Origin: a virus | Lineage: Duplodnaviria > Heunggongvirae > Uroviricota > Caudoviricetes | IMG/VR virus record: IMGVR_UViG_3300035659_000002 | Strand: one strand, 5' to 3' | Length of the DNA: 64,000 nt | Shown: in pieces, positions 48,064-57,845 of the stretch | How positions within the stretch are numbered: position 1 is the first letter of the stretch | Layout of the letters: each line of letters opens with the position of its first letter | Notes under the pieces: model-generated | Told to the model about the DNA's origin: nothing | The model's input: the letters and a program-made list of their open reading frames with translations, nothing else | Databases searched by the model: none | Position numbers and translations under genes: made by a program

Positions 48064-48442
48064 GCAATTTCATGAACTCGCCGGTTTGAATGGAATCACC
48101 TATTTTCTTGATTAAATTTTGATATTTCATGACGCTTGGAGCAGATTGCCGTAAATTATCGAGAAAAACAATGAATACACCAATCAATCCGGCCTCATTT
48201 TCCTCCTCGGGAGCTTTCGATGCTCTGGTGAGTTTTTCCTTCAACGACACATCCGAGAGAATTGTCCAATCAAGCCATTCCTTTGCATTAGTGATCATGG
48301 TCATGCATCGTTTATGACGATCAAGCAAATCATCGCGTGAGATGTTTATACCCATCGCCGTCACTCTCGGTCTCGGCATGAAAAACAAAGCCGGTTCTTG
48401 GGTATCTGCTTGCAATATTCGGTTTGACCACATTTTGCACAA
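48038..48442 (-). CDS. hypothetical protein, paralog of 47653..48063
   Basis: See the paralog entry above. Confidence 0.4.
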   Translation of the reverse strand: MCKMWSNRILQADTQEPALFFMPRPRVTAMGINISRDDLLDRHKRCMTMITNAKEWLDWTILSDVSLKEKLTRASKAPEEENEAGLIGVFIVFLDNLRQSAPSVMKYQNLIKKIGDSIQTGEFMKLLVKITGKV

Positions 48443-48582
48443 TCAAAATGCTGCCAATGCTCATCGAGAACGTATTTGTCTTTTTGCTGTTCCATGTGTT
48501 TTTCACGTTTATGTTTTTTCTCTAATTTGTAGCGTGTAGGTGAACTCATTAAGACCTTTTTTCCGTGTGAAATACCCACCAA
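48361..48582 (-). CDS. small zinc-ribbon protein (boundaries uncertain)
   Basis: CAKCGQTEYCKQIPKNRLCFSCRD. It overlaps neighbouring ORFs, so the true start is probably an internal Met. Confidence 0.25.
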   Translation of the reverse strand: MVGISHGKKVLMSSPTRYKLEKKHKREKHMEQQKDKYVLDEHWQHFDCAKCGQTEYCKQIPKNRLCFSCRDRE

Positions 48583-48781
48583 AATTCTTGAACCTGGCCA
48601 GGTGATAATTTCCCACGTCCATGCTATCGGTGGTCATGAGGTCGGTAATTTGTTTTCGCACTTCGGCCATTTCATTTCTTGCTTTTTTCTCTGCAGCTAG
48701 CAATTTCGACCATTTATCAAGCAATGGAAGTAATTTTTGCTCGATATCTGTTTGCTTTTCATTCGGATTATTAGTTTCCAT
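48509..48781 (-). CDS. hypothetical coiled-coil protein
   Basis: 90 aa. Confidence 0.3.
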   Translation of the reverse strand: METNNPNEKQTDIEQKLLPLLDKWSKLLAAEKKARNEMAEVRKQITDLMTTDSMDVGNYHLARFKNFGGYFTRKKGLNEFTYTLQIREKT

Positions 48782-49139
48782 ATTTATAGACCTGTTCGAG
48801 TAGATTTTTCACGAAAGTTCGATGGCATTTTGTCGCATCCTTTTCAAAACATACAAGAAACAATGTTTTCCCTGATCGCACTATGGTCCGCAATCGAAAT
48901 AGTTCCTCCTGGGCATCCGGATCCCGATCAAATTGCTTGCCTAATTCAACAAAATATCGTTCGATTGGCCATTTTTCCGATTTGGCAGCATTCAATAAAT
49001 CCCAAGTGGGGGACAAGACGGAAGGCATGGTATGATGCGGAGAAAATGTTTGCCGCGTAATAACCTCGAACACGGCATTCGGATACTCGTGCATGAATCG
49101 TTCAAGCACGGCGACATAGCAATCAACGCGTATGCTCAT
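48771..49139 (-). CDS. DUF488-family protein
   Basis: C-terminal KTLFLVCFEKDATKCHRTFVKNLL matches the DUF488 CaEkdpxxCHR motif. Confidence 0.45.
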   Translation of the reverse strand: MSIRVDCYVAVLERFMHEYPNAVFEVITRQTFSPHHTMPSVLSPTWDLLNAAKSEKWPIERYFVELGKQFDRDPDAQEELFRLRTIVRSGKTLFLVCFEKDATKCHRTFVKNLLEQVYKYGN

Positions 49140-49156
49140 TCAATTTCCCCTTGTTT

Positions 49157-49921
49157 TCAAATGTGGCAATCCACCAAGGTCAATAATGTCTCCGGGGGTA
49201 AAGAATCGATCAGCTCACGAACCTTGGCTCTCCAGGTTTTATCATCTATTTCTTTCTCGAACATTCCCCACCAACCATGCTTGCCTTGCGTGTACCATTG
49301 CCCGTCCTTGAGAATATCCGCGGGATAATGTCTATTATCAGCCCTGTCCAAAAACTCTTCAACGGTCTTGGGCTTTTCGCTCGTGAACCAATCATACCCT
49401 TGCTCTTCACCAGGGACATTACCACCAGCTTCTTTAACGGCATCTTCTAGAGATTTGCGTTTTTCAGCAACCATGCCATCCCAATCAATATCACATGCAC
49501 GGGCTTGATCCGCGTGATCTGGCCTAGTTTCAAAAGGAGTCATCAATCCAGGTTTCCCACATTTCCCTTTTGCACCGGGCTTGAGCTTGAAATACCCCGT
49601 CCAACGGCCTCCTATTTGATACCAATCCCATTTATCATTCGGGTTATGATAATGCCCCCAATCGCCATTTTCATTTTGAGAATAACCATGCCATTTATTA
49701 ATCCAATTACGTGCATTTTTATATTTTAGCTTGGCTTGTGAATCAGGATCTTCCTTTTTCCATTTTTCAAATTCCTTGCTAACATCATCCTTTTTGATTT
49801 TCATTTCAAACACGGCACGATGGTCTTTTCTCATTTCATCGTCGGAAAGATCCAATTCCCAAAAGGGTTCGAGCTGCTTCTCAACGTCATTACCAATAAC
49901 TAATACCACAAAATGCGTCAT
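49157..49921 (-). CDS. hypothetical protein (254 aa)
   Basis: AAGGAG SD; promoter-like motif TTTTAACAAAAATGTTTTTATAGA upstream at 49940-49990. Confidence 0.45.
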   Translation of the reverse strand: MTHFVVLVIGNDVEKQLEPFWELDLSDDEMRKDHRAVFEMKIKKDDVSKEFEKWKKEDPDSQAKLKYKNARNWINKWHGYSQNENGDWGHYHNPNDKWDWYQIGGRWTGYFKLKPGAKGKCGKPGLMTPFETRPDHADQARACDIDWDGMVAEKRKSLEDAVKEAGGNVPGEEQGYDWFTSEKPKTVEEFLDRADNRHYPADILKDGQWYTQGKHGWWGMFEKEIDDKTWRAKVRELIDSLPPETLLTLVDCHI

Positions 49922-49939
49922 GATGTTTTTTCTCCTTGA

Positions 49940-49981
49940 AGTATGACCTTAAATCTGAAAAAATCTATAAAAACATTTTTG
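49940..49981 (-). promoter_or_regulatory. conserved promoter-like motif (minus orientation)
   Basis: TTTTAACAAAAATGTTTTTATAGA, then AAGGAG, before ATG 49921. Confidence 0.4.
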
Positions 49982-51421
49982 TTAAAACAATTTCATTTGT
50001 CCCGGTTCGGGTTCGTCATTATTAATACGTTTTCTTGCGATGGCCGCGTACTCGGGATTTATCTCGATGCCGATCATGTCCACGCCGATCTGTTCACCGG
50101 CGAGATGTGATGAACCGGCACCGGCAAACGGGTCAAGGCCAAGACCTTTTCGATACGAGACATTGCAACCACAATCAGACCAATATTTTCCGTCGATCCG
50201 GACACGGGGCAGCTCGCACTTGGTACATATCTCCCGTGGGCAAATTGCATCGAGCATCCTGGCTGCAAGTTCCACCGGGAATGTGGCAAAATGCCCTCCG
50301 GTGAATTTTGACGTGGGTAAGGACCAGGTTGATGTCATGTTTTTGTTACCATCGTGCGCCGTCGAGTCATATTCGTTACCTGAATAACGCGGGTTGCCGT
50401 AACCTTTGGCCTTGTTACCTCCGAAGCGACGCGATCCCTTTACGTCGGGATGCTTTTTGGGAATGAGCATCTGGTTGAAATAATACTTGAAGGCCATCCA
50501 TGTACTCCGTTTCATGTATCCTTCCTTGCCGTACTTACGGCATTTTGCACAGCCCTTGCCATCACAGGCCCGATGTGGCTTCCATTCCCAATCAACATGT
50601 TCCTGGCCATTAATGCCCGGTGGTTTTCCCCGCTGCGCGTGATAATTGATTCTATTCACGTAGAAATACGGTTTTTTGGGTACTTGCTTGCTAAAAAACC
50701 AGATATATTCATGATCATTGGTAAATCGTGTCGTTACCGATTCCCGTGATGGGTCCGGTTTATACCATACCAGGTCATTGTGTAAACACCAACCATGGTG
50801 GTCAATTAATTCCATAGCGGTCCTGGCAGGCACGAGAAATAAGCATTGATCGGGATAGTCTTGGGTTTGCTGTTTCCATTTTGCTTCAAGTGCTTTTTTA
50901 CCAACATTCCAATCCCCACCCGCTCCACCTGACCCGGCGTAACTATCGCCCATGTTTATCATCATGCAACCCCAGGGTTTCAAAACTCGATAGCATTCAT
51001 CGCAGATCGCAGCAACATGCTTGATATAAAGGCCAAAGGTTGGTTCGGCCCCCAAATCACCTCGCCATGCTCCGCATTTCGAACAAGTATCAGATGCCTT
51101 GCCCGGTCGCAATCGTTCGATGGGCTGATTCTTAAAAATTGCATTCGGGCCTGGAATATCGCCCTTTGTTGCTTTTCGTGCCGGTTCGATATGAATCCAA
51201 TCATGCTTGCAATCAGGATCACCATCCCAAATGATCGCCTGGACCACGCGCTTGCCTTTTTCCTGGGTATAATCACGCTTGGAGTAATATGGTGGACTGA
51301 ATGCAATGGCATCCAGGCTTTCCGATGGAATCTTGCGTAGCACGTCCAGGACATGCCCGACATAGATCACATTTCGTTGAAGGTTCTCCATTTCTTGATA
51401 CGGGACAATTACTATTTTCAC
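49982..51421 (-). CDS. DNA methyltransferase, beta-class amino-MTase (N4-C or N6-A) with large insertion
   Basis: Motif IV AFSPPYY near the N-terminus and motif I LDPFAGAGSS near the C-terminus. GTG start. The insert is Cys-rich. Confidence 0.6.
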   Translation of the reverse strand: MKIVIVPYQEMENLQRNVIYVGHVLDVLRKIPSESLDAIAFSPPYYSKRDYTQEKGKRVVQAIIWDGDPDCKHDWIHIEPARKATKGDIPGPNAIFKNQPIERLRPGKASDTCSKCGAWRGDLGAEPTFGLYIKHVAAICDECYRVLKPWGCMMINMGDSYAGSGGAGGDWNVGKKALEAKWKQQTQDYPDQCLFLVPARTAMELIDHHGWCLHNDLVWYKPDPSRESVTTRFTNDHEYIWFFSKQVPKKPYFYVNRINYHAQRGKPPGINGQEHVDWEWKPHRACDGKGCAKCRKYGKEGYMKRSTWMAFKYYFNQMLIPKKHPDVKGSRRFGGNKAKGYGNPRYSGNEYDSTAHDGNKNMTSTWSLPTSKFTGGHFATFPVELAARMLDAICPREICTKCELPRVRIDGKYWSDCGCNVSYRKGLGLDPFAGAGSSHLAGEQIGVDMIGIEINPEYAAIARKRINNDEPEPGQMKLF

Positions 51422-52524
51422 AAAATCGACCTGTTATAATTGCGAAGCATGATTGTTAAAAAGGTACTACTTGCGAAGGTAATCAAAAAAATAACGAGAG
51501 GATGACACGCAATGCCCAAGCTACTAAAAATACGAGAAATTAAAATCATCGTGATTAAATGTAGCACGTAAATACCCATTGATAAATCAGAAAAATAACT
51601 GATAATTCGTGGGGGGGTTTTCTTTATCATTAAAAACACGCAAAGTAATCCCATTGAAAAAAATACCAAGGATACACGAGCATAATCAAAATATACTCCA
51701 TTTACATAGCAAAATGTGAACCCAAGTATTCCAACACACCAATTTTGCATACGGGCTAATGCCTCGATGAATGCGGTGATCGTGCCCGATCCAAATAATA
51801 CCAGGATTATAATCCATTTCTTGTGCTCGGTATTTATCATGAGTATTATAAGGGACGAGAAAACATATGGAATGTAATTGAGGGGATTGGCATAAATTAA
51901 TGATGTCCCGAATATTTTATGAGTAATTGCATCTCCAAAAACCATCAAGATCAAGCTTGCAATAAAGGACATTACAATGATAATCACGTACCTGATCTGG
52001 TGATTTTTCTTTATTTTGTCAAGTAAGATGGAAAATAGGAACGAGATAATGCTTAAAACAATCAAGGAAAATACATAATAAATTGGAGTCCAATGTCCAA
52101 CGATGAAATGAATTAAATTGATTGGATTTTCAAATAACGCCGCAATATCTCCAACTAGGACCCAATTTATCACGAGCCAGAATCCATAGATGATCATGAG
52201 TTCCTTTATTCGCTTGATCAACATGACCTTTTTCTTATCTGTTGTTAAAATCTTCGAGTTAAACAAGTATAACGATATTTGGAAAAACACGGGAACGCCT
52301 AACATCCCATAATAATATAATAAAACATAATTCAATAACGGATTATCCACGAATGTAAAATACGTCGTATGCATCAACACGATTGCTATGCAGAAGAAAA
52401 CCCGTAGCCAATCAATCCCATGATAATATTCGTTTTTTTCATTCACGATGATATTAGGTTGCACGGTCATTTTTCTCTTCTCCATGGTTTGGGTAATGTA
52501 TTGCGTATCGGGCAAGAATGCCAA
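51418..52524 (-). CDS. acyltransferase-3 family integral membrane protein
   Basis: GIDWLRVFFCIAIVLMH N-terminal signature and ~10 TM helices. Confidence 0.55.
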   Translation of the reverse strand: MAFLPDTQYITQTMEKRKMTVQPNIIVNEKNEYYHGIDWLRVFFCIAIVLMHTTYFTFVDNPLLNYVLLYYYGMLGVPVFFQISLYLFNSKILTTDKKKVMLIKRIKELMIIYGFWLVINWVLVGDIAALFENPINLIHFIVGHWTPIYYVFSLIVLSIISFLFSILLDKIKKNHQIRYVIIIVMSFIASLILMVFGDAITHKIFGTSLIYANPLNYIPYVFSSLIILMINTEHKKWIIILVLFGSGTITAFIEALARMQNWCVGILGFTFCYVNGVYFDYARVSLVFFSMGLLCVFLMIKKTPPRIISYFSDLSMGIYVLHLITMILISRIFSSLGIACHPLVIFLITFASSTFLTIMLRNYNRSIL

Positions 52525-52693
52525 TTAAATGTTTTATTATCAAGAACCCGCGGTGGATTGAACGCATGGCAAAAATAACGCTTAAGTGGATACTCGCCTT
52601 CAAGAGCATGATTCGGGCATTTCAAGCAATTATGGCCTATCCATTGCGGGGACTTGGTTCGCTCCGGTGGTTTATGTCGAGATGGCATGATGA

Positions 52694-52882
52694 TTATTTC
52701 TTGCCAGGACCAAATGCCATTTGTAGCATGTCCAGGGCTTGTTCTTGTGTAAATCCTTCCGATTCGATCATTTTTTCTAACTTCTCGCTTGATTCAGTTT
52801 CAAGCACGTCAATATTGAAATACACGGCCTGTTCCCGTGCATGATTCATGAGAATGATTATCATGCTTGCGCTTGCGTCCAT
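52694..52882 (-). CDS. hypothetical small acidic protein
   Basis: 62 aa. Confidence 0.25.
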   Translation of the reverse strand: MDASASMIIILMNHAREQAVYFNIDVLETESSEKLEKMIESEGFTQEQALDMLQMAFGPGKK

Positions 52883-52883
52883 G

Positions 52884-53213
52884 TTATTCGCCCTCGTTGT
52901 ATTTTTCTCCGTAATCTTGTTCGTATTGCTTGATCAGGTCTTCCGTTGGTCTATAATTGGAACATGATTCATGACTTCCTAAACACGAAGCATCTAATTT
53001 TTTGAATTTTTGCTTTGAATTATGCGAGCATTCAATATTTCCACATGAATCATCAATACTATACGTTACTACATAATTTTGAATGATCGTGAATAACGTG
53101 CTACATGTTTCACATTTGACAACCAAGGTTCTACCGTCGCCGTAGATATCATCAAAATGATGGCACGGATCGACTTTTTCATTACATTTCGGGCAATTCA
53201 CGTCGTTGCTCAT
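52884..53213 (-). CDS. Cys-rich zinc-binding protein
   Basis: CPKCNEK...CHHF...CETCST...CGNIEC. Confidence 0.35.
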   Translation of the reverse strand: MSNDVNCPKCNEKVDPCHHFDDIYGDGRTLVVKCETCSTLFTIIQNYVVTYSIDDSCGNIECSHNSKQKFKKLDASCLGSHESCSNYRPTEDLIKQYEQDYGEKYNEGE

Positions 53214-53219
53214 GGTAGG

Positions 53220-53444
53220 TCACGTTGGAAATAGTATCTTTCCATCCTTGTAATGGAACACGCATTCATCGCCGGTATCGGCCATCACGATTTCACAAAT
53301 ATCTTGGTCAGCCATCAATACACCGAGCAAGTTACTAAATTCTTTAGTGGTTGTTTTAACGCCACGTTCATGTTTTCCACCGAGGGACTTTCGATACAGG
53401 TAAAGGTAAAACATTTCTTCATCGCTCATTATTTCATTCTCCAT
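53220..53444 (-). CDS. hypothetical small protein
   Basis: 74 aa. Confidence 0.3.
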   Translation of the reverse strand: MENEIMSDEEMFYLYLYRKSLGGKHERGVKTTTKEFSNLLGVLMADQDICEIVMADTGDECVFHYKDGKILFPT

Positions 53445-53766
53445 GTTGATCTATCATCAATGCTCGCCATCGTTGACAATCCTTGCATTTACATTTCTCT
53501 CGATCAGGAACGATGCCCTTTTTTGCACATCGTTCGATGGCCTGTTCCTCGGTTTCTCCTTGGCGAATTACAGGAACTCCATGCTCGATTTCTATATGCT
53601 CGTATAATTCTTCATCGGTCTTGAATATACGATCCGTGTTGGCGAGTGAAAATCCCTTCTCGGCAATACATATTTTGCATGTTAACATGGTTTCATTCAT
53701 CTTGCTTGGTTTGTTTCTTGATTCCGTAAATCTCGGGATATTCCCAATAGAAAAATAATATACCAT
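53434..53766 (-). CDS. zinc-ribbon protein
   Basis: CKICIAE...CKCKDCQRW. Confidence 0.35.
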   Translation of the reverse strand: MVYYFSIGNIPRFTESRNKPSKMNETMLTCKICIAEKGFSLANTDRIFKTDEELYEHIEIEHGVPVIRQGETEEQAIERCAKKGIVPDREKCKCKDCQRWRALMIDQHGE

Positions 53767-53896
53767 AAATTGCCAAGAGAATCACGCCCGGCCAGGTGAA
53801 CCATTCAATTCTTGTTCCGATGCAAGTGAGGATCGTGCCTGCCAAGCCGAACAAGAACGTGATGAGAAAATGCTTGTCTCTCGTTTCTAATTTCAT
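53693..53896 (-). CDS. small membrane protein
   Basis: 67 aa, two TM helices. Confidence 0.3.
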   Translation of the reverse strand: MKLETRDKHFLITFLFGLAGTILTCIGTRIEWFTWPGVILLAIYGILFFYWEYPEIYGIKKQTKQDE

Positions 53897-54381
53897 GGTT
53901 TTATTTCATCTTGATGTTCTTTCTTGTATTCCTTGCTTGCAAGCACTTTCTCGATGATATCTCGTGCTGATGCAAGATGCTCCTTGAGATGTTCCAATTC
54001 ATGATCCATTGACCGTGGGATATGGGTGATAAGTTTTCCTGACCATCCCAACACGTAGGCAATCATCGTGAATGCACGCGGCCAATCCAGATCATCATCT
54101 AGCATGATGCATTTATCCGAGACAACACCCGTTCGGTATGGATTATTCTTGGCATTACAAAGGAAACGTTTGGGACATGCTTCGCATCCAAAAACATAAT
54201 CCATGCCAAAAGCGATCTTGTCATCTCGATACTCCTCGATGAGAACACGCTGTTCCTTTTCTAATGCATCCAGATCTTTTTGCAGGGTCTTTACCTTGGC
54301 CATCGAAACACCAACCTTTACCATTCTCATCGTTTTGGCCAAGAATGCAATGATATTCGTTTCATTTTCCATGTAAATCAT
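53893..54381 (-). CDS. hypothetical protein
   Basis: 162 aa. Confidence 0.35.
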   Translation of the reverse strand: MIYMENETNIIAFLAKTMRMVKVGVSMAKVKTLQKDLDALEKEQRVLIEEYRDDKIAFGMDYVFGCEACPKRFLCNAKNNPYRTGVVSDKCIMLDDDLDWPRAFTMIAYVLGWSGKLITHIPRSMDHELEHLKEHLASARDIIEKVLASKEYKKEHQDEIKP

Positions 54382-54749
54382 TCCTCGTTATATCCATCCA
54401 AATCAACCAATCCGTGAATCTTGTCAAAAAAATCAGCCAGCTTCCGCATCCACTTCAACGTGTTTTCACTATTGAAGTAATCCTTTTTGCCATTGATCCA
54501 ATAATAAAGATAATGGGCTTCTTGAAGGATGTGTTTCGGGTCATCGGCAACAGCCTCGAATAGCTCGGCCTTGTTTCGCAAGATACGGGCAATGATCTTG
54601 CAATCTGCTTCACTCATCGGGGCATACACGCCATATTTCTTTTTCAAACCCCAACAAAGCCAAGTAAGACATTCACCGGCATAAAAATTCATATCAAATT
54701 TCAGCAAGCCCCATTTCATCTTGCCATATAGCGTCGTTCCCATGATCAA
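54378..54749 (-). CDS. hypothetical protein
   Basis: 123 aa. Confidence 0.35.
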   Translation of the reverse strand: MIMGTTLYGKMKWGLLKFDMNFYAGECLTWLCWGLKKKYGVYAPMSEADCKIIARILRNKAELFEAVADDPKHILQEAHYLYYWINGKKDYFNSENTLKWMRKLADFFDKIHGLVDLDGYNEE

Positions 54750-55237
54750 ATCCCATCCTCATCGCCAAGATCGCAAAGCGGAAACCATTCGATGATATCA
54801 TGCCAACAGCTCCCTGCATCATCGGCTATTTCTTTTTCGCTACGATAATACACGTTATCAAGATAATTGCCATTTTTCAATCGTGCAATGATATTCACCT
54901 TTTCTTTGCCTTCAGGCTTCTCATCTGGGTACTTTCGCCATCGTTCCATGAAGCATGACTTCAAGATAAAACGAGCTTGAATCCGGTAATTTTCACGTTG
55001 AATTTCAGTAATATATTTCCATTCGTTAAAAGATTCCAATCCCGTGCCATTGCATTGTGGGCATTTCTCATCATTATCACGTGAAAGACCACCGGCATCA
55101 CGGAATACTTCGCCCCCGTCACAAAAAACCTCGACACCATTCTCCTTGACATCATTATATGAGCATCGTTTCTTGTTCTGCTTGTCAACCTCATACGAGG
55201 TTGTATGAAGTAATTTTGCCAATGTTTCAACATCCAT
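54746..55237 (-). CDS. hypothetical protein with CxxCxGxG motif
   Basis: CPQCNGTG. Confidence 0.35.
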   Translation of the reverse strand: MDVETLAKLLHTTSYEVDKQNKKRCSYNDVKENGVEVFCDGGEVFRDAGGLSRDNDEKCPQCNGTGLESFNEWKYITEIQRENYRIQARFILKSCFMERWRKYPDEKPEGKEKVNIIARLKNGNYLDNVYYRSEKEIADDAGSCWHDIIEWFPLCDLGDEDGI

Positions 55238-55250
55238 GTTTATACACCAT

Positions 55251-56066
55251 TTAATATAATTTATCTTGATACACCGGGGTTTTCAGATCCACGTTCTTGG
55301 TTGCTAATTTTACGCCTAACGGAAATGCACGCGGCCATTTAGTCGGATATGGCCTTTTATCATGCTGCACGATTGAGTTTTTCACGAATACCGGGATCCG
55401 GTTCTCTCCTAGCCATTTCACGAATGATTCAATAATCGAATAATCCTGGCGGGATAACACGGGCAGGGGCTTCGTGCGAACTCCGATAAGAATCCATTGA
55501 ACGTTCAATGATGATAAAAGTTTCTTGTATTCATCGATCATTTTAACAGCAAACGGTTCTATTGAAAGCCATTTCCGTGGATATTCGAGAAGATTGATCG
55601 TAGCAAGTCGTTCTTGTACCGACGGTGCTTTTGGTGAACTATAATCAAGGTCCAAGGTCGTGCCTAACCAGATGTGCTTATCTCGATTCATGATAATTGG
55701 CTTGCGTTCTTGGCCCTTTATTTCGAGATAATCAGTTTCACCTTCCACGAGTTCAATATATCGCTTCGGGTTCTTGGTCAGGTTCATGTAAGTAACCCGT
55801 GGGTTTTCATGTTCCGCGGCGATCACCTGATCGATCCAATCCCGTGAAACCCAATCACCAAATGCTTCACCCGCCGAACCTTGAAATATAATCCCGGCCT
55901 TGAGCTTGGCTGTTTCGTGTAATCGCTCGGGATGAAATGCCGGTTTGAAGTCATAATCACCTTGCAAAGCCGCAAGTTTCGGAGCGTAACAATACGGGCA
56001 TAAAAAGTAGCATCCTGTTATTGGATTCCAGCTATAATCGAATGATTCTATACCTGTTTTCTGCAT
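55251..56066 (-). CDS. DUF5131 (phage Gp37/Gp68-like) family protein
   Basis: N-terminal IESFDYSWNPITGCYFLCPYCYA matches the IEWTDxTWNPVTGC...CxYCYA signature. Confidence 0.55.
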   Translation of the reverse strand: MQKTGIESFDYSWNPITGCYFLCPYCYAPKLAALQGDYDFKPAFHPERLHETAKLKAGIIFQGSAGEAFGDWVSRDWIDQVIAAEHENPRVTYMNLTKNPKRYIELVEGETDYLEIKGQERKPIIMNRDKHIWLGTTLDLDYSSPKAPSVQERLATINLLEYPRKWLSIEPFAVKMIDEYKKLLSSLNVQWILIGVRTKPLPVLSRQDYSIIESFVKWLGENRIPVFVKNSIVQHDKRPYPTKWPRAFPLGVKLATKNVDLKTPVYQDKLY

Positions 56067-56081
56067 ATCCTTTTCACGTCG

Positions 56082-56603
56082 TCATGTCTTGATCCCATAA
56101 ATTATAGGGTTCACACGTCCAATATTTTTAGCGTGTTGCTTGATTTTTATCACGACATCATCGAGATTATTGAATATCGGTTTGCCAGGATGAAGCAATT
56201 GGATCTGTTCAATGACATCGGTTAACCGAGGGTATTTCGGATCGCATCCGATAACGAGTTCAACCCTTCCAGGATGACCCAATTTATCATACATTGACCA
56301 TGTTCCTAACTCGAATAACACGATAGGTTGCACGGTCTCCGCGGCGAACCAGAACATGATACACGTCGATTTTCGGAAATGCTCGTATTCCCATTTTATC
56401 TGTGCCTTCGCAGCCATCGGATCATTTATTGGAAAATTCTTGCGACGCGGGTTGAAAATAACAATATCAATATCCTTCAATTTCTGCACGACCAATGCCT
56501 GCCAATCAGGACACCCGGTAATGCCTCCGGCAAGAAATACGCGAGGCCACGTATAATCACATTCAGATTCAAGTTCGTTCAGAGCTTCGATGTAGATCAT
56601 TTT
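56082..56603 (-). CDS. nucleoside 2-deoxyribosyltransferase-like protein
   Basis: From MIYIEALNEL; PRVFLAGGITGCPDWQ...IVIFNPRR Rossmann-like pattern. The upstream ORF extension is probably not translated. Confidence 0.35.
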   Translation of the reverse strand, partial: KMIYIEALNELESECDYTWPRVFLAGGITGCPDWQALVVQKLKDIDIVIFNPRRKNFPINDPMAAKAQIKWEYEHFRKSTCIMFWFAAETVQPIVLFELGTWSMYDKLGHPGRVELVIGCDPKYPRLTDVIEQIQLLHPGKPIFNNLDDVVIKIKQHAKNIGRVNPIIYGIKT

Positions 56604-56859
56604 TAATTTTCCTCCGAAAATGCTTGTTTTTGAACCGCAAATCTGCTTCCATGGGACAACATGATTGATAGTTTTTGCTCTCGTCGCAATATCCAATTTT
56701 ACATTTCTCGGTCTTGTAATTGAAGTGATCACAATGAGGACGACTCCAAAATCCACCTATTAAATTAAAATGCTCACGTCGGCCACATTTGATACATATC
56801 CGAATACCATCTTTAAATTCAAACCATTCATGAAAACATTTCATGATAATTCCTCTCAA
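56569..56859 (-). CDS. zinc-ribbon protein
   Basis: CFHEW...CIKCGRREH...CDHF...CKIGYCDESKNYQSCC. Confidence 0.3.
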   Translation of the reverse strand: MRGIIMKCFHEWFEFKDGIRICIKCGRREHFNLIGGFWSRPHCDHFNYKTEKCKIGYCDESKNYQSCCPMEADLRFKNKHFRRKIKNDLHRSSERT

Positions 56860-57833
56860 ATCTTGCTCATCGGATCGTTGTTCTTGGTTTGCTTATCCCA
56901 TGCCTTGAAGTATCCGTCGCAAAGATCGGCCAATTCATTCATGGTCATCGGGTGATCTTCCTGGATGGCCGGGATTTGATCTTCTTTCAAATTTAATTTC
57001 AATTTGAGATAGGCAAAACGAACAACATCATTCTTGATGGAAGGGGTTAACTTGGCAATTTCTTCATCATGGGAGGCAACCATGCTAACGAAATTCTCCG
57101 TGAGGGCATGAATATCCATGCTGTTAAAAGTCATTTCCCTGATAACGGCATCAACCAGGACATCAACCTCGAAATGCGTGGCAACCTTCATTATTTCAAT
57201 CCCGACCTTGCTTGCATCCAATTTCATGCCTGGCAAATGTTTTAACACGGCGACTGAATCCTTCACCATTCCTGCAAGCGTGAATTGGCCATAAGCAACG
57301 TGAGGGTGATGAATCTGATGACCTTTGTGTTCGATATATGCCTGATCAAAATCCAAACTATCATCAAATGGTTTTTGGGTTTGAATTATTGCCGAATTGA
57401 AATTATAATCATGAATGGCACTTGGCTGCTTGGGATATGCATTCGGATAATAATCAACAACCTGGACCCCGATAGGTTCTACTAATTGGATAAGTTCGTT
57501 ATAACCATCGAGTTCTTTCATTTGTTTCCTTGCCCCGTACTTGATCGGGACGTTGATAACATCGTTATTATTGATTGAAATGGTTGCTTGAATGACTGAA
57601 TATCCAGCTATCTTGAATGCTTGCATGTAATCATAGATCCACCAGATAATCACGACCATAAAAAATATTATCCATGTTCCATAAAATATCGTTGAATACG
57701 AGCCAATCACTTCACCTGGTAAAAACTTCACCCACGTTTGAAAAGCAGTAGCCGACATGAAAAGGGTCATCATGCCAAACATCAAAATATATTGAAAAGT
57801 CTCTCCTTTTCGTGTCATTCCTTTTCGTGTCAT
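56856..57833 (-). CDS. membrane protein (325 aa)
   Basis: Two or three N-terminal TM helices followed by a soluble domain. Confidence 0.4.
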   Translation of the reverse strand: MTRKGMTRKGETFQYILMFGMMTLFMSATAFQTWVKFLPGEVIGSYSTIFYGTWIIFFMVVIIWWIYDYMQAFKIAGYSVIQATISINNNDVINVPIKYGARKQMKELDGYNELIQLVEPIGVQVVDYYPNAYPKQPSAIHDYNFNSAIIQTQKPFDDSLDFDQAYIEHKGHQIHHPHVAYGQFTLAGMVKDSVAVLKHLPGMKLDASKVGIEIMKVATHFEVDVLVDAVIREMTFNSMDIHALTENFVSMVASHDEEIAKLTPSIKNDVVRFAYLKLKLNLKEDQIPAIQEDHPMTMNELADLCDGYFKAWDKQTKNNDPMSKI

Positions 57834-57845
57834 GATAATCTCCTT

